Shown: positions 27,452-36,290 of the stretch, in pieces
Numbering within the stretch: the stretch's first letter is position 1
How the letters are laid out: each line of letters starts with the position of its first letter
Origin: an uncultured Granulosicoccaceae bacterium
GTDB taxonomy: Bacteria > Pseudomonadota > Gammaproteobacteria > Granulosicoccales > Granulosicoccaceae
Length of the DNA stretch: 64,000 nucleotides
Assembly: GCA_964393885.1 (NCBI GenBank)
Contig: CAYMVV010000014.1
Span: forward strand, 8,111-72,110
Direction: 5' to 3'
Made by a program: the position numbers and the translations under genes
Notes under the pieces: generated by a model
The model's input: only the letters and a program-made list of their open reading frames with translations
Told to the model about the DNA's origin: nothing
Database searches by the model: none

Positions 27452-27697
27452 CAAGGCGCTTCAGGATGACGTCATAGCCACGTGGTGAGTTAAGGTAGTG
27501 GCCATTGATAAGACTAGTGCTCAGGGGTTGCTCGCTGTCTGCCATATTTAAATGGCGAATTCAAATAGTAAAAGGTGCCTTTGATCAAAAAATGCAGATA
27601 CAGCTTGTGTCTAGTCTGCCCTGAGAGATTACGATTTTCTTTCTTATCGAAACGGTAGAAAAAGTAGCCAAATCCCGCGGAAAAGGCGCAATTCCAA

Positions 27698-28285
27698 ATG
27701 AAAAAGTTAATTACTCAGTGCTTATTTTTCTGTATCTGCTTACTTCTGTTGAGTTCATCCTATAGCCAGGTAAAGGAAAGAGAAAGAATCAGTGTAGCCA
27801 ATTTCACTGACAGTGGATCATTAATCCGACCTGCAAATATAGATGAATGGATTTTTTTGGGCGCCTCGGTAGGACATGGATATCCACAAGAACATGGGGC
27901 GGGCAGTTTTAGCATATCTAATCCCGGGAAAATACAGATAGTTCAAATGGAACCATCTGCTTACAAATATTTCAAAAGCCGGGGGCACTATGCTGACGGT
28001 ACCATGTTGTCTCTGTCTTTTTATAATATCTCTGAAGCGCCTGAGCCAGCAGTAGATGGCATGGTTCAGGGTAGTCTGGAGACATTTGAAATCCATCTTT
28101 TAGATAAGGAAAGATTCAATGACAAGAGAGCATTCTATTTATATTCTGGCAATGAGACTGCAGCCTCTATGATTCCAGAGGGAAATGACTGCGTCGTTTG
28201 CCACAATAATGAAGCACACTTTGACGGTACATTTACTGATTTCTATCCAGTGATTCGCGATGAAATATTTGGAAAGCGCAGATAG
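27698..28285 (+). CDS. Cytochrome P460-family protein
   Basis: 195 aa with signal peptide. Single C-terminal haem motif CVVCH followed by DGTFTDFYP. The RPANIDEWIFLG and ADGTML segments fit the P460 family as I remember it. Confidence 0.6.
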   Translation: MKKLITQCLFFCICLLLLSSSYSQVKERERISVANFTDSGSLIRPANIDEWIFLGASVGHGYPQEHGAGSFSISNPGKIQIVQMEPSAYKYFKSRGHYADGTMLSLSFYNISEAPEPAVDGMVQGSLETFEIHLLDKERFNDKRAFYLYSGNETAASMIPEGNDCVVCHNNEAHFDGTFTDFYPVIRDEIFGKRR

Positions 28286-28298
28286 GTCCATGCAGGCA

Positions 28299-31200
28299 TC
28301 AGTGCTTCACAGTAACCAGCAGACAAACCGGCACCAGAATCAAAATAACTGCACCGGCAAACAGGGACCCGAATGCGATGCTAAGCGCCATGGGGATCAG
28401 GAATTGCGCCTGAGTGCTGGTTTCCGAAATCATTGGTGCAAGACCTATGAACGTTGTCAGCGTCGTCAGCAGGATCGGTCGAAATCGTCTTTGCACGGCA
28501 TTGGCAATGTTGCCGGCGGTGTCGCGGGTTTTTTCCTGTAGCTTGTTGAAGTAGTCAATCAGCACAATGCTGTCATTGATAATCACGCCGGACAGGGCAA
28601 CAACACCAAACAGGGAAAAGAAACTCAGATCGTAACCAAGGACCATATGACCCAGCACCGCACCGACTAATCCGAACGGGATAACCGACAGTATGATGAT
28701 CGGCTGAATATAAGAACGCAGGATACTGGCAAGCAGGCAATAGATAGCCATTATGGCAATCATCAGGTTTGACATAAGCGTAGATAAATCGTCCCTCTGA
28801 TTACGCGCCTGACCTTCCTGCGAAAAGGCAAGCCCCGGATAGTCACGTACCAGCGCTGGCAGTAAATCAGAGGTAATGACACCGTTGGCATCGGTCGGTG
28901 TGGTGACCGATTCATCCACATCCGCTGTGATGGAGATAATACGACGACCATCAACCCGATCAATGCTGGCTTCAGAACGGCTTTCAGTAATGGTGGCGAT
29001 TGTCGGCAGAGTGGTCTCTTCGCCATTTGGCAATTTAATTTGCAATTGAATTAAATCAGCAAGACTACGGCGCTCATCTTCTGGGTAACGGACATAAACC
29101 ACCACTTCATCAGTGCCGCGTTGCAGACGATCTACCTCCTCACCAAAATAGCTGCGGCGGATCGCTTGTGCCAGATCACTTTCTGTTAAACCGGCAGCGA
29201 TACCAATATCGTTCAAACGATATTCAAACTGCCGCTTGCCAGCTTCCGCAGATAGCTCGACTTCATTGACGCCTTCAATTGTATTGATTTCTGTTTTCAA
29301 ACGCTCCACGGCAGTTAACAGTGTCTCTGCATTAGTATGAGTCAGGTCGTAGCTGACGTCAGCGCCGCCGCTTAAACCCGCGGAGGTAAATGTCAGACTC
29401 TTGATTCCGGCAATTACACCTGCGTTCTCACGCCATCGGCGTTCGATTTCAGCGGCAGCAATATCGCGTTCACCGGCCGGGGCCAGTTCGAGAGTTGCGG
29501 TTGCCTGTTCGGATTTAAGCGTGGTGCCCGATGCACCGAAGCCGGATGTCAGTGCACCGCCTATGGTCACCGACATAGACCGATAAACATCGGACCCCTC
29601 GCCACCAGCTGCCTGATAGCCCGCCGCCACAATGCGGTTCATGGCGAGTTCTGTCTGCTCAAACGAGGTGCCCGCCGGCATCTCAAGATTGACGACTACT
29701 TCTTCGCCTTCAACCACTGGAAAAAAAATAAACCGCACGTGTCCACCGGAAAACAATCCGGTAAAAGCAATAAACATCGCAACAAAAGCAAACACTGTCA
29801 CCCATGGTGCGCGCATCGCAAGCCTCACCACTGGCATGAGCACCCAGTCGCGCAGGCCGAAGAGTATATTTTCAATGTACTGCCGCAGGACCAGCATCGG
29901 ACCGACGCTCCACGGCTTACCGTGCGCCAGATGTGCGGGAAGAATAAGAAACACTTCAACAAGTGAAACCAGAAGAACTCCGATAACCACCAGTGGTACG
30001 GGGCGCAGAATCTGCCCCAGCGTGCCGGATGACCACAGTAGTGGTGCGAACACCATTATCGTTGTGGCGATACCGACAAGCACAGGGACCAGCACACTCT
30101 GCGCACCGACAATTGCATCCGCTTCATTGTCGGTTCCGCGACTTTGCTTTTCGTAGATGCTCTCGCCAACAACAATTGCATCATCGACTACTATGCCGAG
30201 CACCATAATCAATCCGAACAGGGTGATCATGTTTATGGTGGTGAAGCTGGTAAAGAAAATGAAGCCACCGAGAAACGCAGTAGGTATACCCACCGTAGCC
30301 CAAAAGGCTAATCGTAAGTCCAGCACCAGCGATAAGAAAACAAACACCAGTGCAAAGCCAAGCAGACCATTTCGTGAAAGTAGATTGATCCGATCCAGGA
30401 TCGACTCGGTTTCATCCGAGGTGACGATGACATCGACCCCCGATGCCGGCTGATAGGTATCCAGAAGATCGCGAACCGCTGACGCAACAGCGAATGCGTC
30501 TTCATCGCCTGCGCGATCGATCTGCAGGAAAATAGCAGGCTCGTCGTTATAGGTGTTGATCAACCCATCATCTGCGAAGCCGTCTCTTATGGTGGCAATG
30601 TCTTTTAGCAGAACTCGCCGACCGTCAAATTCCGACAGAACGACAATGCTGCCGTAGTCGTTGGCGCTTCTGGCCTCGGTATTGGCGCGCAATAAAACAT
30701 CGCCACCGGGAGATCGAATCGTCCCGCCGGATACATTGACAGAGGCTGCCTCTATCGCATTCGCTACATCACCGATATCGAGATTGAATTGCTCTAAAAC
30801 GGACTGCGGGATCTCAATTGATATTTCAAAGTCCCGCACGCCCTGCATGGTGACGACACTGACGCCATCTTTGCCAATCAGGGCCTGCTCCAGATCTTCT
30901 GCCGCCTGACGCAGAGCGCGTTCAGAAACGTCTCCCACCACAACAAGGCGCATCACCGAAGAGACTGTCGTGGTGACGGATATCTCGGGGCTATCTGCAT
31001 CATCCGGTGGAAACGCTTCGAGCTTGTCGATGGCGGATTGAATATCGTCCTTTACGGTTTGCGCATCAGCGAAATCTTTAAGCTCAACAGTAACAACGCC
31101 GGAGCCTTCTGTGGCAGTAGACGAAACCCGGTCAACGCCTTCCAGTCCCATAACAGCAACATCAACACGCTGGGTAACGCTATTAACTATTTCATCCGGA

Positions 31201-31394
31201 GTGGCTCCGGGATAACCCACAGACACAGTCACTGTGCGCGGATCGATTTGCGGAAAGACCTCAGAGTTTGTGCTGCCAAGGGTCAATAAGCCACCAACGA
31301 ACAACGCTGCCATAAGCACATTGGCTGCGACTGAGTTCTGTGCAAACCATGCGACAACGCCTCGGTAGTTTGTGTTGCTACTCACTTTTTGCAT
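28299..31394 (-). CDS. RND efflux transporter permease (AcrB/HAE family)
   Basis: Start chosen at MQKVSSNTNYRGVVAWFAQNSVAANVLMAALFVGG (31394), overlapping the adaptor gene end. About 1030 aa with 12-TM and two-large-loop RND organisation. Confidence 0.85.
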   Translation of the reverse strand: MQKVSSNTNYRGVVAWFAQNSVAANVLMAALFVGGLLTLGSTNSEVFPQIDPRTVTVSVGYPGATPDEIVNSVTQRVDVAVMGLEGVDRVSSTATEGSGVVTVELKDFADAQTVKDDIQSAIDKLEAFPPDDADSPEISVTTTVSSVMRLVVVGDVSERALRQAAEDLEQALIGKDGVSVVTMQGVRDFEISIEIPQSVLEQFNLDIGDVANAIEAASVNVSGGTIRSPGGDVLLRANTEARSANDYGSIVVLSEFDGRRVLLKDIATIRDGFADDGLINTYNDEPAIFLQIDRAGDEDAFAVASAVRDLLDTYQPASGVDVIVTSDETESILDRINLLSRNGLLGFALVFVFLSLVLDLRLAFWATVGIPTAFLGGFIFFTSFTTINMITLFGLIMVLGIVVDDAIVVGESIYEKQSRGTDNEADAIVGAQSVLVPVLVGIATTIMVFAPLLWSSGTLGQILRPVPLVVIGVLLVSLVEVFLILPAHLAHGKPWSVGPMLVLRQYIENILFGLRDWVLMPVVRLAMRAPWVTVFAFVAMFIAFTGLFSGGHVRFIFFPVVEGEEVVVNLEMPAGTSFEQTELAMNRIVAAGYQAAGGEGSDVYRSMSVTIGGALTSGFGASGTTLKSEQATATLELAPAGERDIAAAEIERRWRENAGVIAGIKSLTFTSAGLSGGADVSYDLTHTNAETLLTAVERLKTEINTIEGVNEVELSAEAGKRQFEYRLNDIGIAAGLTESDLAQAIRRSYFGEEVDRLQRGTDEVVVYVRYPEDERRSLADLIQLQIKLPNGEETTLPTIATITESRSEASIDRVDGRRIISITADVDESVTTPTDANGVITSDLLPALVRDYPGLAFSQEGQARNQRDDLSTLMSNLMIAIMAIYCLLASILRSYIQPIIILSVIPFGLVGAVLGHMVLGYDLSFFSLFGVVALSGVIINDSIVLIDYFNKLQEKTRDTAGNIANAVQRRFRPILLTTLTTFIGLAPMISETSTQAQFLIPMALSIAFGSLFAGAVILILVPVCLLVTVKH

Positions 31395-32625
31395 CAGCCC
31401 CGGCTGGCTCCAGTATCTCCACTGCAGCACCGGAGAGCGGCTCCAACAGTGGAGAAACCACAATGCCGTCTGCAAAATCAAACGCTTCAGTAATAACAAA
31501 ACCGTCTTCGGGAAAGAAAAACCGGGGTTCGCGTTGCGCTAAAACACCATCGACCACAACCCATATGATGCGATCCTCGGAAATTGCTCGCTCAGGTACA
31601 AGGTGTGCGTTGGAGATAATCGGCCCTTCTATACCAACTTCGACAAAGGTTCCCGGTAGCAGAGATGTGTCTTCAGTAAATGCCAGTGTGACTGTCGCCT
31701 GCCGAGTCTCGGAATCAAGCTCTGCATCAACACGCACAACTTTTGCCGCAAAACTTCGCGTGCGCTGCGACAGACCGTCGCGTTCCAGAATTCGCGCTTG
31801 TCGTCCTTCAGCCGGCTGCAGATAACTGAGCGCCCGGGCACTTACCGGTACTGAAATCTCAAGGCTCGTGTCGTCATAAGCACTTCCATAGGACTGACCC
31901 GAGGTCAGGTTTTGACCGACTTCAATTGTGGTTGAGACAATGCGACCATCAAAGGGCAGTGAAAAATTCACCCGAGACAGATCGAGCCGCGCCTCTTCCA
32001 ACGCCGCCCTGGCAGACTGTACCGCTGCTTCAGCCTGACTGATTTGAGGTTCACGCGCGACCAGAGGTGGTACGGATTCACCGGGGTAGACCAGTGCCCA
32101 CTCGTCACTGGCCACCGCCGCTTCAGCGCGCTCTACTCGTAAATCCGCTTCGGCAGAAGATAAATCTGCACGCGATTGATCAAGCACCGCGTTTAGCGAT
32201 GAATCGTCGAGACGAAAGAGCACATCACCGGCCTTGAAAGATCCGCCGGATGCAAGATTGGGTGACACTGATACAACGCGTCCACTGACCTCCGGGCTAA
32301 GATCAATCGCATTGCGAGACTGGATCACCCCCGAGCCTGACACTCTGAACGGTTTATCTTCTATGCGCGGGCGGATAACCTCGACCGGAGTAGTCGATGA
32401 ACCCGCCACTTTTTGTCGGGGAGCGGTACTCGTACTGGATAAAATGGCATTGACAGCAAGACCGGCAAGCAACACTGCCGCTACCAAAACAATTTGCAGC
32501 CATCCCGCAATTTGCGTTTTAGTATCAGTTTTCGGTTTTGCTTTCGGCTTCGGTTTTGGTTTTGGGTTCAATGGCACGTCTTCTCCGACCAGCTTCTCAG
32601 CAGGGTCAGTATCATCAAGAGACAT
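31378..32625 (-). CDS. RND efflux periplasmic adaptor (membrane fusion protein)
   Basis: 415 aa. KP-repeat N-terminus, one TM helix, then lipoyl/beta-barrel-type segments (VSGRVVSVSPNLASGGSFKAGDVLFRLD). Lies between the OMF and RND genes. Confidence 0.8.
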   Translation of the reverse strand: MSLDDTDPAEKLVGEDVPLNPKPKPKPKAKPKTDTKTQIAGWLQIVLVAAVLLAGLAVNAILSSTSTAPRQKVAGSSTTPVEVIRPRIEDKPFRVSGSGVIQSRNAIDLSPEVSGRVVSVSPNLASGGSFKAGDVLFRLDDSSLNAVLDQSRADLSSAEADLRVERAEAAVASDEWALVYPGESVPPLVAREPQISQAEAAVQSARAALEEARLDLSRVNFSLPFDGRIVSTTIEVGQNLTSGQSYGSAYDDTSLEISVPVSARALSYLQPAEGRQARILERDGLSQRTRSFAAKVVRVDAELDSETRQATVTLAFTEDTSLLPGTFVEVGIEGPIISNAHLVPERAISEDRIIWVVVDGVLAQREPRFFFPEDGFVITEAFDFADGIVVSPLLEPLSGAAVEILEPAGADAKSE

Positions 32626-32627
32626 CC

Positions 32628-34115
32628 CTATGCTCCTTTCGCGTTGTTAAGTGTGTTATGGGGGTCCGTTGCCGGATCAAACCAGGTGCCACCCAGACTT
32701 AAAAATAAATCGATATACGCATTGAGATAGGCTTGCTCTGTCAATATAAGATTTTGACGCGCAGCATTCAGGGTGCGCTGAGATTCAAGAATAGACAACA
32801 GCGTTCCAAGACCACGACGGTACCTGTTTTGAGTAATTTTGTCGGACAGCTCAGCAGACTCCACGTTGTCATCGAGCCGTTTTAATTGTTCATTGATACC
32901 GACAAGCTGAGCCACTGCCTGCTCAACATCTATTAAAGCCGCAAGCGTAGTTCGAGCAAAGACAGTAGCGAGCTCTTCTGCTTCCGCACTTTGCAAACGT
33001 ACTTCGGAACGCAGGCGCCCGCCGTTAAAGACGGGCTGCGTCACAGAGGCAATCAGATTGGCGATGAATGTCTCAGCGCTAAAGACATCACCCAAACTAT
33101 CAGCTTCGAATGTCAGAGCAGCTGATAATGACAGCGCGGGATAAAGGTCTGCCCGCGCCGCGCCTACATCTTCCAGTGCCGCACGATAGGAAAGCTCGGC
33201 GGCGGCAACATCGGGACGGTTTGCCAACAGATCTGCAGGCACTCCAATGGGTAACTTCAAATCCCGATCAGGGACAACTGCACCAATAAAAGATGCAACC
33301 GTTTCCCCGGGAAGCCTAGCCAGTTGCTCGTCTATCTCAAACAATTGAACGTTCAGCTGGGTCTGCAAGTCGGGAATATCGACAAGAGCCGAATCATAAT
33401 TCTGACGTGCGATTTGAACATCGCTCGCTGACACTTCACTGGATCCGGCGCGATAGCGCGTGCCAGTCAGGTCAAATGTTGTGCGGAAGCTTTCCGCGGT
33501 TTCTTCGGCAAGTGCCAGTTGCCGCTTAAGTGTTGAGGCGGCCACCCAATTGCGCACCAGCGTGGCAACTTCCTGCTGCTCAGCAGAAAGAAACAATAAT
33601 TCGGACGCCCTGACCTGAAAAAGTGCCGAGCGTTCTGTTGATCTCAGACCACCAAAGATATCAGCGCTAAAGTCTGCAGAAAGACCCAGGCCATAGGCAT
33701 CACTTAAATCAAAAGAACTATTTGGCGATCGCGACCCGCTACCCGATATTTCCGCAGAACCATTAACCGATGGCAGTCGAAAAGAACGCGCCTGTAGTGC
33801 AAGCTCTCGCGCCTGTGCAATCCGCGAACGAGTTTCCTTCAGCGCGAGGCTTTCGACGCGAAGCTCATCAACGAGCGTATTAATCTCGGCATCACCAATC
33901 ACGCGCCACCATTGATCTGCCACAACGTCGTCGGCTGACAAATCAGCTGTTGTGTATTGCGAAAGGCTTTCAATGGATGACACTGTTTGCGGGCGCCTGG
34001 CCTCGGGCGTCAGAGTGGCCTGCGGTTTTACCGTGCATCCCGCCAGTAGGGATACGCAGAGCAGGATGACAATCGTCAGCGAGTTCGATGCGCACTTAAG
34101 ACCAGCCAAATTCAT
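32628..34115 (-). CDS. Efflux outer-membrane factor lipoprotein (NodT/TolC family)
   Basis: 495 aa with lipobox LLAGC and two repeated coiled-coil/beta-barrel halves. First structural gene of the efflux operon. Confidence 0.8.
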   Translation of the reverse strand: MNLAGLKCASNSLTIVILLCVSLLAGCTVKPQATLTPEARRPQTVSSIESLSQYTTADLSADDVVADQWWRVIGDAEINTLVDELRVESLALKETRSRIAQARELALQARSFRLPSVNGSAEISGSGSRSPNSSFDLSDAYGLGLSADFSADIFGGLRSTERSALFQVRASELLFLSAEQQEVATLVRNWVAASTLKRQLALAEETAESFRTTFDLTGTRYRAGSSEVSASDVQIARQNYDSALVDIPDLQTQLNVQLFEIDEQLARLPGETVASFIGAVVPDRDLKLPIGVPADLLANRPDVAAAELSYRAALEDVGAARADLYPALSLSAALTFEADSLGDVFSAETFIANLIASVTQPVFNGGRLRSEVRLQSAEAEELATVFARTTLAALIDVEQAVAQLVGINEQLKRLDDNVESAELSDKITQNRYRRGLGTLLSILESQRTLNAARQNLILTEQAYLNAYIDLFLSLGGTWFDPATDPHNTLNNAKGA

Positions 34116-34122
34116 TTGCGGC

Positions 34123-34366
34123 CTAGCCTGGATTATTCATAAGGCGACAAGTAAATATTAGCGAAATGCTATGTATACAATTCCAAACCACTTTTTTGGC
34201 ACCTTTTTCAAATAGCAGTGTGTCTATCCGACGCCAGAGGAAATCTGGCGTCACATCTCGGCCCATCCTCCTCGGCACGTGGCCGGCCACGTTTCTCAGA
34301 CGATTGGCCGACCTGTTTAGCCAGATTTCCTCTGGACGCCGAATCCTCATGAATAATCCAGGCTAG
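34123..34366. repeat. 244-bp element bounded by 22-bp terminal inverted repeats (MITE-like), with nested internal palindromes
   Basis: Left end ctagcctggattattcataagg (34123-34144). Right end cctcatgaataatccaggctag (34345-34366); 21/22 complementary. Internal ccagaggaaatctgg / ccagatttcctctgg and the perfect palindrome acgtggccggccacgt. Confidence 0.7.
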
Positions 34367-34827
34367 CTACCATGTCTTTTTTTCACAGCTTGGCCGGGTA
34401 TTACGCCTCCCAGCCGATCCCGCAGCCTGCCTGACAGGTCAGCCAAAGATTCGGTCGCTTCCGGTCCGATGGCATTGACAATAATCTCATCAATGTCAGC
34501 CCATGCAGCACGAACATCCTTCGACTTACTTTCCCCTGCCGGTGTCAGGCGAACGAGAAAAGCGCGCTTTTCGTTTGGATCGACTTGCCGCTCGATCAGG
34601 CCGGCAGCGGCGAGCCTGTCACACATTGAGCTCATACTGGCCGGTGTGATATCAAACTCTTTGGCCAGAGTTTTTTGATGAGTCTCCCCAATGCGATTGA
34701 GTGCAGCCAGCACACGCGCCTGGCGTGGACCCAGGCCCACTTCGTTAAGGCGCTCGCGCAGCCGGGCCTCCACGAGATGTCCTGCATGGAGTAAAGGATG
34801 AAGCAGATTTCCTGATCGCTTAACCAA
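34363..34827 (-). CDS. MarR-family transcriptional regulator
   Basis: 154 aa. wHTH segment QKTLAKEFDITPASMSSMCDRLAAAGLIERQVDPNEKRAFLVRLTPAG. Lies upstream of the efflux genes on the same strand. Confidence 0.85.
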   Translation of the reverse strand: MVKRSGNLLHPLLHAGHLVEARLRERLNEVGLGPRQARVLAALNRIGETHQKTLAKEFDITPASMSSMCDRLAAAGLIERQVDPNEKRAFLVRLTPAGESKSKDVRAAWADIDEIIVNAIGPEATESLADLSGRLRDRLGGVIPGQAVKKRHGS

Positions 34828-34920
34828 AGCCAGCTCCCTTTAGTCGCGTGCACGGCTACCGTCTGCAGCATGCGGACGTTACCCTGCCATCGCCGTGTGG
34901 CAGCAATTGGTGAACGCCGT

Positions 34921-34976
34921 GGTGAGAAGATAGTGGTGAGAAGATAGTGGTGAAAAAAAGTCGTGAAAAGAAAGCT
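34921..34976. repeat. 14-bp tandem array (ggtgagaagatagt x2, then degenerate ggtgaaaaaaagtc, gtgaaaagaaagct)
   Basis: Read directly, about 95-150 bp upstream of the marR start. Confidence 0.7.
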
Positions 34977-34999
34977 ATCCAATAGTCGATGACAATATG

Positions 35000-35019
35000 A
35001 TTGTTAGGATGCTAACAAT
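35000..35019. promoter_or_regulatory. Perfect 8-4-8 palindrome ATTGTTAG-gatg-CTAACAAT, candidate MarR-type operator
   Basis: Read directly, about 175 bp upstream of the marR ATG. MarR-family sites are typically short palindromes. No binding data. Confidence 0.3.
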
Positions 35020-35099
35020 AGTGATCAGGCAATGCAAGTTCTCAATTCAGGCTAAGCGGTCAACAAGGAGAATGCAGACACTAACCGGTCCGCCAGGCT

Positions 35100-36290
35100 T
35101 CAGGACAGGAATACGCGTTCAAAAAACCACCAGCAGGCCACCAGTGCGATGAGCAGCGATGCAGGCACAACAACCAGTCGTCGGTACCAGGAACGATTTC
35201 GGCTCCAGACAACGACAGTGATAAATGCGGCGGCAATTACCGCCAGCTGTCCGAATTCAACACCGACATTGAACCCCAGTAGCGCGGGTATAAACTGAGT
35301 GGCAGGCAGCCCGAATTCCCCAAGTACACTGGCAAAGCCAAGTCCGTGCAACAAACCAAAAAAGAAAATCAACAACAGCCGCCAACGATGCAGTGTAGCG
35401 ACGAATATATTTTCAACGGCAACAAATATAATAGAAGCTGCAATTAATGGCTCGACGACTGAGGCTGGAATGTTGACCCATCCCATTGCACCCAAAAACA
35501 AGGTAACCGTGTGGGCGAGTGTAAAGATACTTATTTGCCATACCAGTGGTTTAAGCCCTGCTGCCAAAAAAAGCAAACCCAGCACAAATAGAATGTGGTC
35601 AAGCCCTTTGGGAATGATGTGTGAAAACCCTACCGGTATGTAGTAGACGAAGCTCTGCCAGGCGGTTCTTTCCGCGCCTCCGGAACTATAGATAGGATCT
35701 GTGACTCCACCGTTCTCAATATAGCCGGTATAGGGTGATTCAACGCCCTGTTGACGCACAATCAATGTGCCGAAGTCGGCTGGCCAGCCGACAGTGACAC
35801 CTGATAAACCGGCAGGGACGGATGCGCGTATGCTGATAACCGACTTGCGCGGAAGATCAATATTGCCGGGCTCGGGTACTGTAATATCTGTCAGTTCAAG
35901 CGCCAGGGAATCAGGTGCCTTGATCTCCAGTCGCTCAGACATCTCTGGCCAGTACGATCGAAAGGCATCTCGCAGTTGATCTGGCTCCATGGCTCTGTAC
36001 AGATCATAGTCATTGGCTTGTTCTGTATTGTCGGTATTGTCCAGCGACTGCAAATCGATACGTGCAACAAACGACTCCAGGTTCAGCTGTATCTCCAGCG
36101 TGACTGTGTTGCCTTTGATCTCTATGTCGCTGACGGACGGGGAAATTTCGTGCGAATACACCTGACCGCAAGTAGACAGAAATATCCACGCTGTTATCAT
36201 TGCAATGGAAAAGCGTGCGCAGCAAAAGCGCGCCAGGGACAAACGTGGGCCACGACAAAGCTGTGAGAATTTAAATAATGAGAATTTCAT
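35100..36290 (-). CDS. HupE/UreJ-like (HupE_UreJ_2 type) membrane protein
   Basis: The C-terminal half has multiple TM helices with His-rich motifs (GFSHIIPKGLDHILFVLGLL, TLAHTVTLFLG, GLLHGLGFA). The ORF is open to 36359; candidate starts are 36290 (MKFS...) or 36200 (MITAW...). Confidence 0.6.
   Translation of the reverse strand: MKFSLFKFSQLCRGPRLSLARFCCARFSIAMITAWIFLSTCGQVYSHEISPSVSDIEIKGNTVTLEIQLNLESFVARIDLQSLDNTDNTEQANDYDLYRAMEPDQLRDAFRSYWPEMSERLEIKAPDSLALELTDITVPEPGNIDLPRKSVISIRASVPAGLSGVTVGWPADFGTLIVRQQGVESPYTGYIENGGVTDPIYSSGGAERTAWQSFVYYIPVGFSHIIPKGLDHILFVLGLLFLAAGLKPLVWQISIFTLAHTVTLFLGAMGWVNIPASVVEPLIAASIIFVAVENIFVATLHRWRLLLIFFFGLLHGLGFASVLGEFGLPATQFIPALLGFNVGVEFGQLAVIAAAFITVVVWSRNRSWYRRLVVVPASLLIALVACWWFFERVFLS

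Noticed and set aside
27432-27545. 37-codon reverse-strand ORF (MADSEQPLSTSLINGHYLNSPRGYDVILKRLARIEFA) overlapping the 3' end of the membrane-protein gene. Considered as a possible small antitoxin or antisense gene.
   Set aside because: No Shine-Dalgarno sequence and no recognisable motif. It is below any reasonable length support and overlaps a better-supported gene.
34123-34366. Two mirror-image ORFs (34123..34350 minus strand, 34166..34366 plus strand), both ending in LMNNPG.
   Set aside because: The identical C-termini are produced by the terminal inverted repeats of the element, not by coding conservation.
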